A DNA stretch of 63,625 nt, counting the filler. It is 4 parts of 4 records of this genome, joined end to end, with 100 filler letters (N's around TTAATTAATTAA, not from the genome) between each part and the next. Parts side by side here need not be neighbours in the genome. Positions count along the whole stretch, not along the records: positions 40,033 to 56,362 come from SRR22947725_3049; positions 56,463 to 63,625 come from SRR22947725_3050; 2 more parts are not named here. One strand, written 5' to 3'. Under the pieces are notes generated by a model that made no database searches, was not told the DNA's origin, and worked only from the letters and a program-made list of their open reading frames with translations. Shown one piece after another: positions 50,308 through 59,675 of this stretch. Within the stretch, counting starts at the first letter, position 1. Each line of letters begins with the position of its first letter. The position numbers and the translations under genes were made by a program.

Positions 50308-51219
50308 ATGGCACCTATTCAGCGCCCGTCTTTGATCACCGAATGGCCGACATTTGCGACCCTTTTGGGCTGCTATGGCGGATGGATGGTTTTACTCTTC
50401 AGCCCGCTGTGGCTGTCTGTGCCGGGTCTGGCGGTCATGATCGCGCTGCAATCTTCGCTGCAGCATGAAATCATTCACGGCCATCCAACAAGATTCCCTT
50501 GGCTGAATGCGGCTTTGGTATACGCCTCGCTCAATCTTGCTATTCCTTACGGCCGGTTTCGCGACACGCATTTGGCCCATCATACCGATGAGCGGCTGAC
50601 CGATCCCTATGATGATCCCGAGAGCAATTATCTAGATCCGGCCGTTTGGCACGCTCTGCCGACTTGGCTGCAAAGGGTGCATATGTTCAACGCGACTCTC
50701 GCGGGGCGCCTGCTGATCTGTGTATTGATTTCGCAGTATTATTTCATGCGCAGTGATGTTCGGGACATATGCGCAGGGCGCCGGGATGTGCTGCGAGACT
50801 GGCTCTTGCATATTCCGGCTGCTGCTCTGGTGATCTGGATCGTCATAGCGGCCGGCTATCCGCTTTGGGCCTATTTTCTTGCCGCTTACGGTGGGCTCGC
50901 GCTGCTCAAGATCCGTACATTTGCCGAGCACCGCGCGCATGAAGACGTGCAGGCCCGCACAGCTGTCATTGAAGATCGCGGGTTTTTTGCATTTTTGTTT
51001 TTGAACAATAACTTCCATTCAGTCCACCATATGTATCCGCATATCTCGTGGTATGCTTTGCCCGGCCTCTATCAGGCACAAAAAGAGACATTCATGCAGC
51101 GCAACCAAGGGTATATCTACAAGAACTATCGTCACCTTTTCGCGCGTTACTTTTTGCAATGCAAAGAACCGGTGCCCCATCCGCTCTGGCCTCGCACCGG
51201 GGGATCGCCTAAGTCTTGA
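50308..51219 (+). CDS. Fatty acid desaturase family protein
   Basis: His boxes QHEIIHGH, HLAHH, EH and HSVHH. Confidence 0.88.
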   Translation: MAPIQRPSLITEWPTFATLLGCYGGWMVLLFSPLWLSVPGLAVMIALQSSLQHEIIHGHPTRFPWLNAALVYASLNLAIPYGRFRDTHLAHHTDERLTDPYDDPESNYLDPAVWHALPTWLQRVHMFNATLAGRLLICVLISQYYFMRSDVRDICAGRRDVLRDWLLHIPAAALVIWIVIAAGYPLWAYFLAAYGGLALLKIRTFAEHRAHEDVQARTAVIEDRGFFAFLFLNNNFHSVHHMYPHISWYALPGLYQAQKETFMQRNQGYIYKNYRHLFARYFLQCKEPVPHPLWPRTGGSPKS

Positions 51220-51222
51220 TCC

Positions 51223-52122
51223 ATGTTATGGATTCCCATCACCCTTCTGGCGGCCTTGGCGCAAACCCTGCGTTTTATGTTCCAAAAGCGTTTGCGCATT
51301 GCCACGCTGTCAACGGGCGGCGCGACTTTTGCGCGATTTTTATATGCAGCACCTTTGATTGGTCTGGTGGCCGCCGGCTATGCAGTGGTGCGTGGGTATG
51401 GTTTGCCTGTTATGGATTGGCAGTTTTGGGCCTTTGCGGCGGCGGGCGGGTTTTGCCAAATCTGCGCCACCATGTGCGTTGTGGCCCTGTTTCAGCAGCG
51501 TAATTTCACTATCGGCATCACCTTCAAGAAAGTTGAGGTTTTGCTGGCTGCCGGCTTTGGGCTTTTGTTTTTGGGCGAAGGCGTCAGCCTGCCCGCGCTG
51601 GGGGCGATCTCACTGGGTGTTTTGGGAGTTCTCATTATCTCGGACGCGCCGCAAGTGGCCGGTTCTGAGGGTCCACGTTTTTTCAACAAAGCGACGGCAT
51701 TGGGCCTGTCCTGTGCTGTGTTGTTTGGCGCATGCGCCGTCTTTTATCGTGGCGCAACCCTGCATATTTCTGCCGCAGATGTATTCGCCCGTGCCAGCGT
51801 GACTCTCATGGCGGCAATCTCAATGCAGTTTTTAGGCATGGCTTTTTATTTGCGCTGGCGCGAACCGGGGCAAATCACCGAGGTGATCCGCGCTTGGCGC
51901 GTGGCCATTTGGGTCGGGCTGCTGTCTTTGCTGGGGTCTTTGGCCTGGTTCACCGCTTTCACCTTACAAAATGCAGCCTATGTCAAAGCTCTGGGCCAGG
52001 TGGAAATCTTGGCCTCTTTCGCCATATCGGTGTGTGTCTTCGGCGAAAAAATGCGCCGGAGCGAGGCTGTGGGAATCGCGTTCCTATCGGTTTCGGTGGT
52101 TCTATTGATACTGCTGCTCTGA
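51223..52122 (+). CDS. DMT/EamA family transporter
   Basis: About 10 TM in two repeats; ARFLYA, AYVKALGQVE. Confidence 0.85.
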   Translation: MLWIPITLLAALAQTLRFMFQKRLRIATLSTGGATFARFLYAAPLIGLVAAGYAVVRGYGLPVMDWQFWAFAAAGGFCQICATMCVVALFQQRNFTIGITFKKVEVLLAAGFGLLFLGEGVSLPALGAISLGVLGVLIISDAPQVAGSEGPRFFNKATALGLSCAVLFGACAVFYRGATLHISAADVFARASVTLMAAISMQFLGMAFYLRWREPGQITEVIRAWRVAIWVGLLSLLGSLAWFTAFTLQNAAYVKALGQVEILASFAISVCVFGEKMRRSEAVGIAFLSVSVVLLILLL

Positions 52123-52788
52123 GCCGTTCAGACGCAGAAACAGGCTTTCTTCATCTTGATTTTTGAAGAATGGCACTGAGACGGGTGGCTGGATCTCGCG
52201 CAATGCGGCCAATTCTCCCAGCACGATTGAGGTAATGAAGGGTAAATTCAAGGCGCGGGCCTCATCCAGCGGCACCCATTGCAAATGGGACAGCTCATCG
52301 GATGCGCCGGAAAAATCGTCTAGGTCTCCGGCCAGTTGATCGGCGTCCACCAAAAAGAACCGCGCATCAAACCGGCGAGGCGGGCCGGGTGGGGTGATGG
52401 CGCGAAAAAAGAAATACATTTTCTCGGCCGAGGGACGAAAGCCTGCCTTGGCAAAACCGCTCCAATCTTTTGGCGCATCCTGCCACTCCTCTGGCGCGCC
52501 AAGGATTAATCCGGTCTCCTCCCACAGCTCGCGAATGGCCGCCACGGCGAGGGTCTCGGGTGAGGGGCCGCTGCTGTCTTCCAAAAGCCGCGCGTGGCAG
52601 GTCTGCACCAAAGGCTTGGCCAGCGGTATGGCGCTGTCATCGGCATCGACTGCGCCGCCCGGAAAGACGAATTTATTTGGCATAAACGCCGCTTTGGATC
52701 CACGCTGACCCATGAGGACCTGCGGAGAGGCGTTCACGTTGCGCAAAGTGATGATTGTTGCGGCGGAGCGGATAGGTGTATCTGTCAT
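52102..52788 (-). CDS. NUDIX hydrolase
   Basis: VFPGGAVD...AAIRELWEETGL Nudix box; TPPG.PRRFDARFF. Confidence 0.9.
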   Translation of the reverse strand: MTDTPIRSAATIITLRNVNASPQVLMGQRGSKAAFMPNKFVFPGGAVDADDSAIPLAKPLVQTCHARLLEDSSGPSPETLAVAAIRELWEETGLILGAPEEWQDAPKDWSGFAKAGFRPSAEKMYFFFRAITPPGPPRRFDARFFLVDADQLAGDLDDFSGASDELSHLQWVPLDEARALNLPFITSIVLGELAALREIQPPVSVPFFKNQDEESLFLRLNGSEQQYQ

Positions 52789-52797
52789 AGACCCAAT

Positions 52798-53193
52798 CTA
52801 CTGGGTTTTGAGCACATTGCCAGAGGCTTCCGCTCCAAACCCATTGAGTCGGCGCGCCCATTGAAACGCAACGACCCCGCCCTTGATGCGCGGGAGCAGG
52901 TAGAGGCAGAGCGCCACGGACCCGACCCCAAAGCCCAGGGCCATGATCCATGGCTCGGGGCGGAACTGCACAAATACCACATGCAACAGCGGCGCAAGGA
53001 TATGGCCGACAATTAATATCGTCAGATAGGCCGGCCCGTCATCAGCGCGATGATGATGCAGCTCTTGGCCGCAGGCGTCGCAGCTGTCATGGACTTTGAG
53101 ATATTTATAAAGCAGCGCACCTTTGCCACAACTCGGGCAACACCGGCGCCAGCCGCGGAGCAGGGCGGGTTTTAGGGGGCGATTTATCGACAT
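52798..53193 (-). CDS. DUF983 family membrane protein
   Basis: CPSCGKG.L...C..CG...RADDGPAY...LP.IKG....QW. Confidence 0.9.
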   Translation of the reverse strand: MSINRPLKPALLRGWRRCCPSCGKGALLYKYLKVHDSCDACGQELHHHRADDGPAYLTILIVGHILAPLLHVVFVQFRPEPWIMALGFGVGSVALCLYLLPRIKGGVVAFQWARRLNGFGAEASGNVLKTQ

Positions 53194-53374
53194 AGCGATC
53201 TCCTGTATCTGCGGCCCTTATCAAGCCATGTGCAGAAAATGACACTGGGGCAAACTGCCACAAGAATTTTTTGAAAATTTTGCGACGGAAAATTATGGCT
53301 GCTGCGTTTTACCTATACCAAGCGCAAAACACTGCGCGGTGCATATGAAAACGCATAGACTAAGGACAAAGATA

Positions 53375-53833
53375 ATGAACAAAATTGCAATTTTCGCATT
53401 GGCTGCAACTGCGATGGTGGCGAGTGCGCCCGTGATGGCGCGTGAGCATGGTGGCCCGCGCCCTGATTTTTCTCAATTGGACGCCAATGGGGATGGTCAA
53501 ATTACGCAAGCGGAGGTGAAGGCCTTTGGCGCGGCGGAATTTTCCAAGGCAGACACGGACGGCAATGGCAGCCTGACGCTTGAAGAGCTGACCGCCCGGG
53601 CGAAGGCCGACCGGTCGAAGAAAATGGGCAAACGGGCCAAGCGGATGCTGAAGCGTCTGGACAGTGATGGCAATGGCACGATCGAGCTGGCAGAGATGCA
53701 GGAAAAGCAAGGCGGGATGCGGATGTTTGATCGCATGGATGAGAACGAAGATGGCGTTATTTCCCAAGAAGAATTTGACGCCATGAAAGGCAAGCGGCGT
53801 GGCAGAGGAAAGCATAAGTCCGACGACGAGTGA
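53375..53833 (+). CDS. Secreted EF-hand protein (four loops)
   Basis: Signal peptide; loops DANGDGQITQAE, DTDGNGSLTLEE, DSDGNGTIELAE, DENEDGVISQEE. Confidence 0.9.
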   Translation: MNKIAIFALAATAMVASAPVMAREHGGPRPDFSQLDANGDGQITQAEVKAFGAAEFSKADTDGNGSLTLEELTARAKADRSKKMGKRAKRMLKRLDSDGNGTIELAEMQEKQGGMRMFDRMDENEDGVISQEEFDAMKGKRRGRGKHKSDDE

Positions 53834-53844
53834 TACCCTCTTTT

Positions 53845-53872
53845 TGGCCGGTCTGCTCAGGTGGGCTGGTCA
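53845..53872 (+). terminator. GU-rich hairpin between EF-hand and ECF sigma genes
   Basis: TGGCCGGTCTGC-TCAG-GTGGGCTGGTCA pairs fully only with G-U pairs on the + strand; weak U tail. Confidence 0.45.
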
Positions 53873-53907
53873 TTTACCGAAGCCGTGAAACCCTCTAATC
53901 AGGACAG

Positions 53908-54492
53908 ATGATGGCCCTTGATGCGAGTCAAAATCTTGAAGATGCGGAACTTCTGGCGCGGTTTGCTAAAGGCGACCGCACAGCAGCGCAGGTTTTGACG
54001 GCGCGTTTGGCGCCTTTGGTGTTTGCGCAGGCGTTTCGGATGCTCGGAGATCGGGCCGAGGCTGAGGATGTCACGCAGGACAGCTTGCTGCGTCTGTGGC
54101 ACGCGGCGCCTGATTGGCAGCCCGGGCAGGCGAAAGTGACGACCTGGCTCTATCGCGTGACCTCTAACCTGTGCATTGACAGAATGCGCAAGAGCAAGCG
54201 TCATTCGGGCGAAGAGGTCCCAGACATGCCTGATGAGGGTCCGGACATGGAACGCCGCCTTCAAGATCGTGCCAGGGCGCAGGCGCTGCGGGCGGCGCTG
54301 GGCGATCTGCCGGACCGGCAGAAACAGGCGATGGTCTTGCGCCATCTCGAGGGGCTGTCCAACCCTGGTGTCGCTCAGATCATGCAAATATCGGTTGAAG
54401 CGGTCGAGAGTCTCATGTCGCGTGGCAAGCGCAACCTGGCCCATGCATTGGCACCGCAGAAAAAAGCGTTAGGATTGAAAGATGATGGATAA
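53908..54492 (+). CDS. ECF RNA polymerase sigma factor
   Basis: AEAEDVTQD..LRLW, TWLYRVTSNLCIDR.R, LPDRQ....VLRH.EGLS..VESL.SRGKR. Confidence 0.92.
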   Translation: MMALDASQNLEDAELLARFAKGDRTAAQVLTARLAPLVFAQAFRMLGDRAEAEDVTQDSLLRLWHAAPDWQPGQAKVTTWLYRVTSNLCIDRMRKSKRHSGEEVPDMPDEGPDMERRLQDRARAQALRAALGDLPDRQKQAMVLRHLEGLSNPGVAQIMQISVEAVESLMSRGKRNLAHALAPQKKALGLKDDG

Positions 54493-54865
54493 AGATTTCT
54501 CCCCCGCTCCTTTGGATGATCAAGATTTGAACGCGCTCTTCGAGGCCGCGCAGCGCGACACGCCGGAGCTGGATCCAGAGTTTCTCATGCGGCTTCAGGC
54601 GCAGGCGGCTGCGGCCGTGCCGCAATCTGCGCGCCCCAAACCGCCACGGCTCCGGTTGTTTCAAAGGCTCTCTGGGGTCGTGGCGCAATTTGGCGGCTGG
54701 CCGGCAGGGGCGGGCTTGGCCATGGCAGGGGCGGCCGGGGTGGTCATCGGTATCAGCCCACCGGATGCAGTGTTGGACATCACCAGCGCTTATTTCCAAA
54801 CCGAAAGCCTCAGCGAGCTTGCCGGCATCGGGTTTGAGGCTGAATTTAATTGGGAAGACACCTAG
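54482..54865 (+). CDS. Putative single-pass anti-sigma factor
   Basis: Overlaps the ECF stop; short cytoplasmic domain plus one TM (GGWPAGAGLAMAGAAGVVIG). Confidence 0.7.
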   Translation: MMDKDFSPAPLDDQDLNALFEAAQRDTPELDPEFLMRLQAQAAAAVPQSARPKPPRLRLFQRLSGVVAQFGGWPAGAGLAMAGAAGVVIGISPPDAVLDITSAYFQTESLSELAGIGFEAEFNWEDT

Positions 54866-54868
54866 GGG

Positions 54869-55348
54869 ATGATCATGTCACATAGAATGTTGAAAATATG
54901 CCTGGTGGTCTCATTGGCGGCCAATCTATTGGTTCTTGGCGCGGTGGGGGGCTTCTTTGGATCTGGGCGCCATAAGGATGTGCGCTTGGACAGCCTGTCC
55001 ACCCGGCACGAGGCACGGCCGCGCGGCCCCGTGACCAGCTTGGGGCCTATCGTGCGGGCCATGGACCGTAAGGATCGGCGTGACTTAGGGCGCATGATCC
55101 AAAAGGCCCAGGGGCGGGATCGGCGTATGGATCGTGACTTGCGGGCGCAGATGACGGCTGCATTGGCTGATTTGCTGAGCAGCGTGCCATTTGATCGCAC
55201 GGCTGTTTTGGCGGTGTTGCACGATGAGGTGATGACGATTGAAGAGCGACAAGCCATCGCGCGGGAGGCCTTGCTCGACAAATTGGCCTCTATGACCCCC
55301 GAGGCGCGTGCAAAGTTGGCGCAGGCTCTGCTCAAAGGACGTAAATAA
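54869..55348 (+). CDS. Periplasmic heavy-metal sensor (CnrX/ZraP/Spy-like helical) family protein
   Basis: SLAANLLVLG anchor; PFD...L; C-terminal MTPEAR.KLA (LTxxQR-like). Confidence 0.8.
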   Translation: MIMSHRMLKICLVVSLAANLLVLGAVGGFFGSGRHKDVRLDSLSTRHEARPRGPVTSLGPIVRAMDRKDRRDLGRMIQKAQGRDRRMDRDLRAQMTAALADLLSSVPFDRTAVLAVLHDEVMTIEERQAIAREALLDKLASMTPEARAKLAQALLKGRK

Positions 55349-55422
55349 GCGGCATCGCACCTCTTGCGCTGGGCCTGGGGGAGAGACTATGAAGAGAGAT
55401 ATATGCGTAAAATGGCAATGAT

Positions 55423-55704
55423 ATGACCCCGGATCTCGCACAAACCTTGGCTGTAAAAGCACTGGCTTGGATGGTTGGTGAAGATGATTTGAGAGAGGTC
55501 TTTTTGGGCGCTTCTGGGGCCTCAGAAAGTGATTTGCGCGCGGGGGTGTCTGATCCTGTATTTTTGGCCTCATTGCTTGATTTTATCTGTATGGATGACG
55601 CCTGGGTCACGCGGTTTTGTGATGATGTGGGCATTGCCAATTACACGGATCCTATGATGGCAAGGCAGGCTTTGCCCGGAGGTGAACAGGTGAATTGGAC
55701 TTGA
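55423..55704 (+). CDS. DUF3572 family protein
   Basis: A.TLA..AL.W, FLGASG...LR....P.FL..LLDF..MDD, ALPGG. Confidence 0.85.
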   Translation: MTPDLAQTLAVKALAWMVGEDDLREVFLGASGASESDLRAGVSDPVFLASLLDFICMDDAWVTRFCDDVGIANYTDPMMARQALPGGEQVNWT

Positions 55705-56362
55705 TGAATATTCGTGGGGTCATTTTCGACAAGGACGGAACGCTGTTTGATTTCCAAAGCACCTGGGGCATTTGGACAGCGCAGGTCTTGGCGCGCATCG
55801 CCGGCTCTGATGAGGCGCTATTGCAGCAGCTTGCCGAGGCCCTCGGCTATGACACACAAACCCGAAGAGTGCAGCCCGGCAGTGTCATTGTTGCAGCCAC
55901 CCCGATGGACATCGCGGCGGTGGTTAAGGACTGCATTCCTGCCCTGAGTCAAGCTCAGATCTGTGAATGGCTCAATGAGGAGGCGAAAACCGCGCCGCAG
56001 GTATTGGTTACCGATTTGCATCGGTTAACTGCGGAGTTGCGGCGCATAAATCTTGGGCTTTGTGTCATGACCAATGATGCAGAGGCCCCGGCACGCGCGC
56101 ATCTCGCCTCCGTTCAGGCGTCAGATCTGTTTGATTTTGTCATCGGCAGTGACAGCGGGTTCGGCGCAAAACCACAGGCCGCGCCATTGCTGGCTTTGGC
56201 GGATAAAATGGAGATCCCAGCTGCGGCCTGCGTCATGGTGGGTGACAGCACCCATGATCTGCGTGCTGGCCGTGCGGCTGGAATGCGCGCAGTGGCCGTG
56301 CTGACGGGATTGGCCGAGGCGGATGAATTGGCGCCGCTGGCGGATGCTGTGCTGCCCGATGT
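55704..56362 (+). CDS. HAD family hydrolase (phosphoglycolate phosphatase-like), 3'-truncated
   Basis: FDKDGTL, TND, KP, MVGDS.HD motifs. Confidence 0.9.
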
Positions 56363-56462
56363 NNNNNNNNNNNNNNNNNNNNNNNNNNNNNNNNNNNNNN
56401 NNNNNNTTAATTAATTAANNNNNNNNNNNNNNNNNNNNNNNNNNNNNNNNNNNNNNNNNNNN
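56363..56462. other. Artificial contig linker
   Basis: Same 100-nt N/TTAATTAATTAA/N spacer. Confidence 0.98.
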
Positions 56463-56464
56463 CA

Positions 56465-56734
56465 GATGGTGCCGAAGCAATAAATTTTATTATTAAATCA
56501 AAACCTGATTTGGTAATCTTAGATATCATGCTACCAAATGTCAGTGGAATGAAAATATTGGAAGATGTGCGGGCGATAGATGAAATATCTCATTTGCCAG
56601 TTTTGATGTTAACAGCAAAGGGTCAAAAAAAAGATCGAAGAGCTGCTGAAGACGCTGGGGTCAGTAAGTTTATGACAAAGCCATTTGATAATGAAGAGCT
56701 TATAAAACATGTCAAACTAATGATAAATTCATGA
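56465..56734 (+). CDS. Response regulator receiver domain, 5'-truncated
   Basis: DGAEA...PDLVILDIMLP..SG...VLMLTAKG...TKPF; ends right after the receiver domain. Confidence 0.9.
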   Translation, partial: DGAEAINFIIKSKPDLVILDIMLPNVSGMKILEDVRAIDEISHLPVLMLTAKGQKKDRRAAEDAGVSKFMTKPFDNEELIKHVKLMINS

Positions 56735-56982
56735 ACAATAGCTCAAGTGCAAAACGAGATGTAGAGCGGAGAAAACTGCGTAAAATTACTGAGTTTTCTC
56801 TCGGTATACCCATTTTAGCAATTTGCTTACTCGTTTCCCCTTTACTAAACGGCTTCACATCAAACATAGATAAAGCTAATTTTTCTTCTGTAATTTTTTA
56901 CATTTTTGGTGCTTGGGGTATTTTGATAATATTGGCAATTATCATGGCACGCTTACTCACAAATGGGGTGGATGAAGATTAA
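56731..56982 (+). CDS. Small 2-TM membrane protein coupled to the sensor kinase
   Basis: Overlaps both neighbours; LLVSPLL and YIFGAW..LI segments. Confidence 0.75.
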   Translation: MNNSSSAKRDVERRKLRKITEFSLGIPILAICLLVSPLLNGFTSNIDKANFSSVIFYIFGAWGILIILAIIMARLLTNGVDED

Positions 56983-59642
56983 TGTTAAACTCAAATGTAA
57001 TTGTAATAATTTGTTTGATATATGTTGGATCTCTGTTCGCTGTAGCCGGCCTTGCTGAACGTCGTGCTAGACAAAGAAAATTAGGTTTCTTACAGTCACC
57101 TTTGATCTATACTCTATCTATTTCAGTATATTGCACTGCATGGACATTTTATGGATCTGTAGGATCTGCAGCCACAAATGGCTTTGAATTTTTGGCTATT
57201 TATCTTGGGCCAACAATTGTATTCGTTGGGTGGTGGTGGTTTTTAAGAAAAATAGTTCGCATCGGCAGAACACAAAGAATTACTTCAATTGCTGATTTAA
57301 TTTCTTCCCGGTACGGTAAAAGTAATACATTGGGTGTAATTGTTACTTTATTAGCAATTTTTGGGTCTACTCCATATATTGCATTACAATTACAATCCTT
57401 AACACTAAGCTTTGCAGTTTTTACAGAAAATACCACTACAGACTACAACCCAGTTATAACTGCACTATTTATTGCTGCCGGCCTCGCATTATTTACAATA
57501 TTATTCGGAACTCGCAATTTAGATGCCAATGAGAGGCATCACGGAGTTGTTACTGCAATCGCAGTTGAGGCGATTGTTAAGTTGGTTGCTTTTATATCTG
57601 TTGGGATTTTTGTAGTTTGGGGCCTCAGCGAAGGCCCAAATAATATGCTACACATTATGGAAAAAAGCATACCAATTACAAATCAAGTATTTTCACCAAG
57701 ATGGGTTACATTAACTTTTTTATCTGCAACAGCAATAATTTGTTTACCTCGAATGTTTCAAGTTATTGTCGTTGAAAACAGTGCTGAAAAACATTTAGCA
57801 ACTGCAAGTTGGGCTTTTCCACTTTACTTACTTTTAATGTGTATTTTTGTTTTACCAATAGCGGCAACAGGTTTAAACATTTTACCAGAGGGCTCTAATC
57901 CAGATTTATTTGTTCTAACAATACCTTTGGCAGAAAATCGCGGCACATTAGCAGCATTAGCATTTTTGGGTGGATTTTCTTCAGCTACATCTATGGTGAT
58001 TGTAGCAGCTATTGCATTATCGACGATGGCATCCAATCATATAGTACTACCACTTTGGCTCTATGCTGTTCAAAAAAGAAACCCAGAAAGCGATGACGTT
58101 AGGACTGTATTATTACGCTCTAGAAGAATTAGTATCGCTTGCATAATTGGGTTTGGGTATTTGTACTTTATTCTTACTGGAGGCACCTCAGCACTTGCTT
58201 CTATTGGTTTAATTGCATTTTTAGGAGTGGCACAGGTATTGCCAGCTTTAATAGGTGCATTATTTTGGAGAAATGCGACTAGAAAAGGTGCAATTTATGG
58301 AATTTCTACTGGTTTTATTATCTGGGCTTATTCATCGTTTTTACCAAGTTTTGGTGGTGATTTTATTTTAAATTCAGAAATTTTAAAACAAGGCCCATTT
58401 GGTTTTTCATTTTTGAGACCTCAGGCATTATTTGGAATAAATATTAACGATCCTCTAACGCATGCAGTATTCTGGTCCATATTCCTCAATACTGTAGTAT
58501 TCATAGTCACTTCATTAGCTTCAACTCCATCTCCGCTAGAAAGATTGCAAGCGCAAAAATTTATCAATGTATTTGGTCAGAAATCCAATATCACATCTGT
58601 GGGAGATGGTGTTACACCAGATGACCTGTTCATACTTGCACAAAGAATTTTAGGCAGGAAAGATGCGCAAATACTTTTTAATAAATTCTCACAAAAACAG
58701 GGGCGCACTGATTTACCCGATATCACTGTTGATCTAATGGAAACATTAGAGCAAAAGTTTGCAGGATCTGTTGGAGCAGCAACAGCACATTCAATGATAA
58801 CTCAAGCAGTTGGAAATCAATCAATTACTGTAGAAGACTTAATTGCAGTAGCAGATGAAACAGTACAAGTCATAGAATACTCTGCAAGATTGGAAGAACA
58901 GTCAAAAGAGTTAACTAGGGCAGCAGCGGAGCTAATGGATGCTAATAGTAAGCTAACTGAATTAGGCACCCAAAAAGATGAATTTTTGAGCCATGTGAGT
59001 CATGAATTAAGAACACCCATGACTTCAATAAGATCTTTTTCAGAAATATTACAATCAAACGAAAAACTTAATAAAGACCAGTTAAAGTATTTTTCGACGA
59101 TTATAAATGATGAAAGCAAACGATTGACACGTCTATTAGATGAAATATTAGATTTAAGTTTTTTGGAAAGTGGTCAAGTTAAATTAAACATTTCAAACTT
59201 AAGCTTAAATGAGATCTTACAAACAGCGCTTCAATCAACACAACAAAGTATAGCAAATTCGAATGCTTTACTAGAGTTTGATGTGAACTTCACAAATACT
59301 AAAATTCAAACAGATCCTGATCGCTTATCACAAGTGTTCATAAATCTAATAACCAATGCAGTTAAGTATAATGATAAAAGCCAACCAACTTTAAAAATTA
59401 GTTGCCAAAAAGATAATGAATTCTTGTGTGTTTCTTTTCAAGATAATGGGCCAGGTATTCCGGAAGCTAAACACACAATTATCTTTGAAAAATTTACGAG
59501 GTTATCCAATACAGAAAACAGTAGCGGAGTTGGATTGGGGCTGGCAATTAGTCAAGAAATAATGAAAAATTTAGGTGGTTCCCTTATATGCTTAGAAAGT
59601 AAATTAGGGGCAAATTTTCAAGTAAAAATACCCTTAAATTAA
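56982..59642 (+). CDS. SLC5 (sodium:solute symporter)-fused histidine kinase (CrbS/PrlS-like)
   Basis: YTLS.SVYCTAWTFYGSVG, SIADLISSRYGKS, PYIALQL; STAC-like AGSVGAATA; H-box FLSHVSHELRTP, N-box NL.TNAVKY, DNGPGI, GLGLAIS. Confidence 0.92.
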   Translation: MLNSNVIVIICLIYVGSLFAVAGLAERRARQRKLGFLQSPLIYTLSISVYCTAWTFYGSVGSAATNGFEFLAIYLGPTIVFVGWWWFLRKIVRIGRTQRITSIADLISSRYGKSNTLGVIVTLLAIFGSTPYIALQLQSLTLSFAVFTENTTTDYNPVITALFIAAGLALFTILFGTRNLDANERHHGVVTAIAVEAIVKLVAFISVGIFVVWGLSEGPNNMLHIMEKSIPITNQVFSPRWVTLTFLSATAIICLPRMFQVIVVENSAEKHLATASWAFPLYLLLMCIFVLPIAATGLNILPEGSNPDLFVLTIPLAENRGTLAALAFLGGFSSATSMVIVAAIALSTMASNHIVLPLWLYAVQKRNPESDDVRTVLLRSRRISIACIIGFGYLYFILTGGTSALASIGLIAFLGVAQVLPALIGALFWRNATRKGAIYGISTGFIIWAYSSFLPSFGGDFILNSEILKQGPFGFSFLRPQALFGININDPLTHAVFWSIFLNTVVFIVTSLASTPSPLERLQAQKFINVFGQKSNITSVGDGVTPDDLFILAQRILGRKDAQILFNKFSQKQGRTDLPDITVDLMETLEQKFAGSVGAATAHSMITQAVGNQSITVEDLIAVADETVQVIEYSARLEEQSKELTRAAAELMDANSKLTELGTQKDEFLSHVSHELRTPMTSIRSFSEILQSNEKLNKDQLKYFSTIINDESKRLTRLLDEILDLSFLESGQVKLNISNLSLNEILQTALQSTQQSIANSNALLEFDVNFTNTKIQTDPDRLSQVFINLITNAVKYNDKSQPTLKISCQKDNEFLCVSFQDNGPGIPEAKHTIIFEKFTRLSNTENSSGVGLGLAISQEIMKNLGGSLICLESKLGANFQVKIPLN

Positions 59643-59675
59643 TATAAGGGTGCTTGTACCAAAGAGAAACTTATT

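Noticed and set aside
53375-53833. Lanmodulin
   Set aside because: EF loops lack the position-2 proline characteristic of lanmodulin.
40140-56304. Many overlapping or antisense ORFs (e.g. 46234-47340 minus, 368 aa; 40140-40580; 47962-48552)
   Set aside because: Shadow frames of well-supported genes, expected in GC-rich DNA; no recognisable motifs.
40033-56362. GC-rich segment as a horizontally acquired island
   Set aside because: Bounded by artificial linkers and made of core Rhodobacterales genes; it is a different organism.
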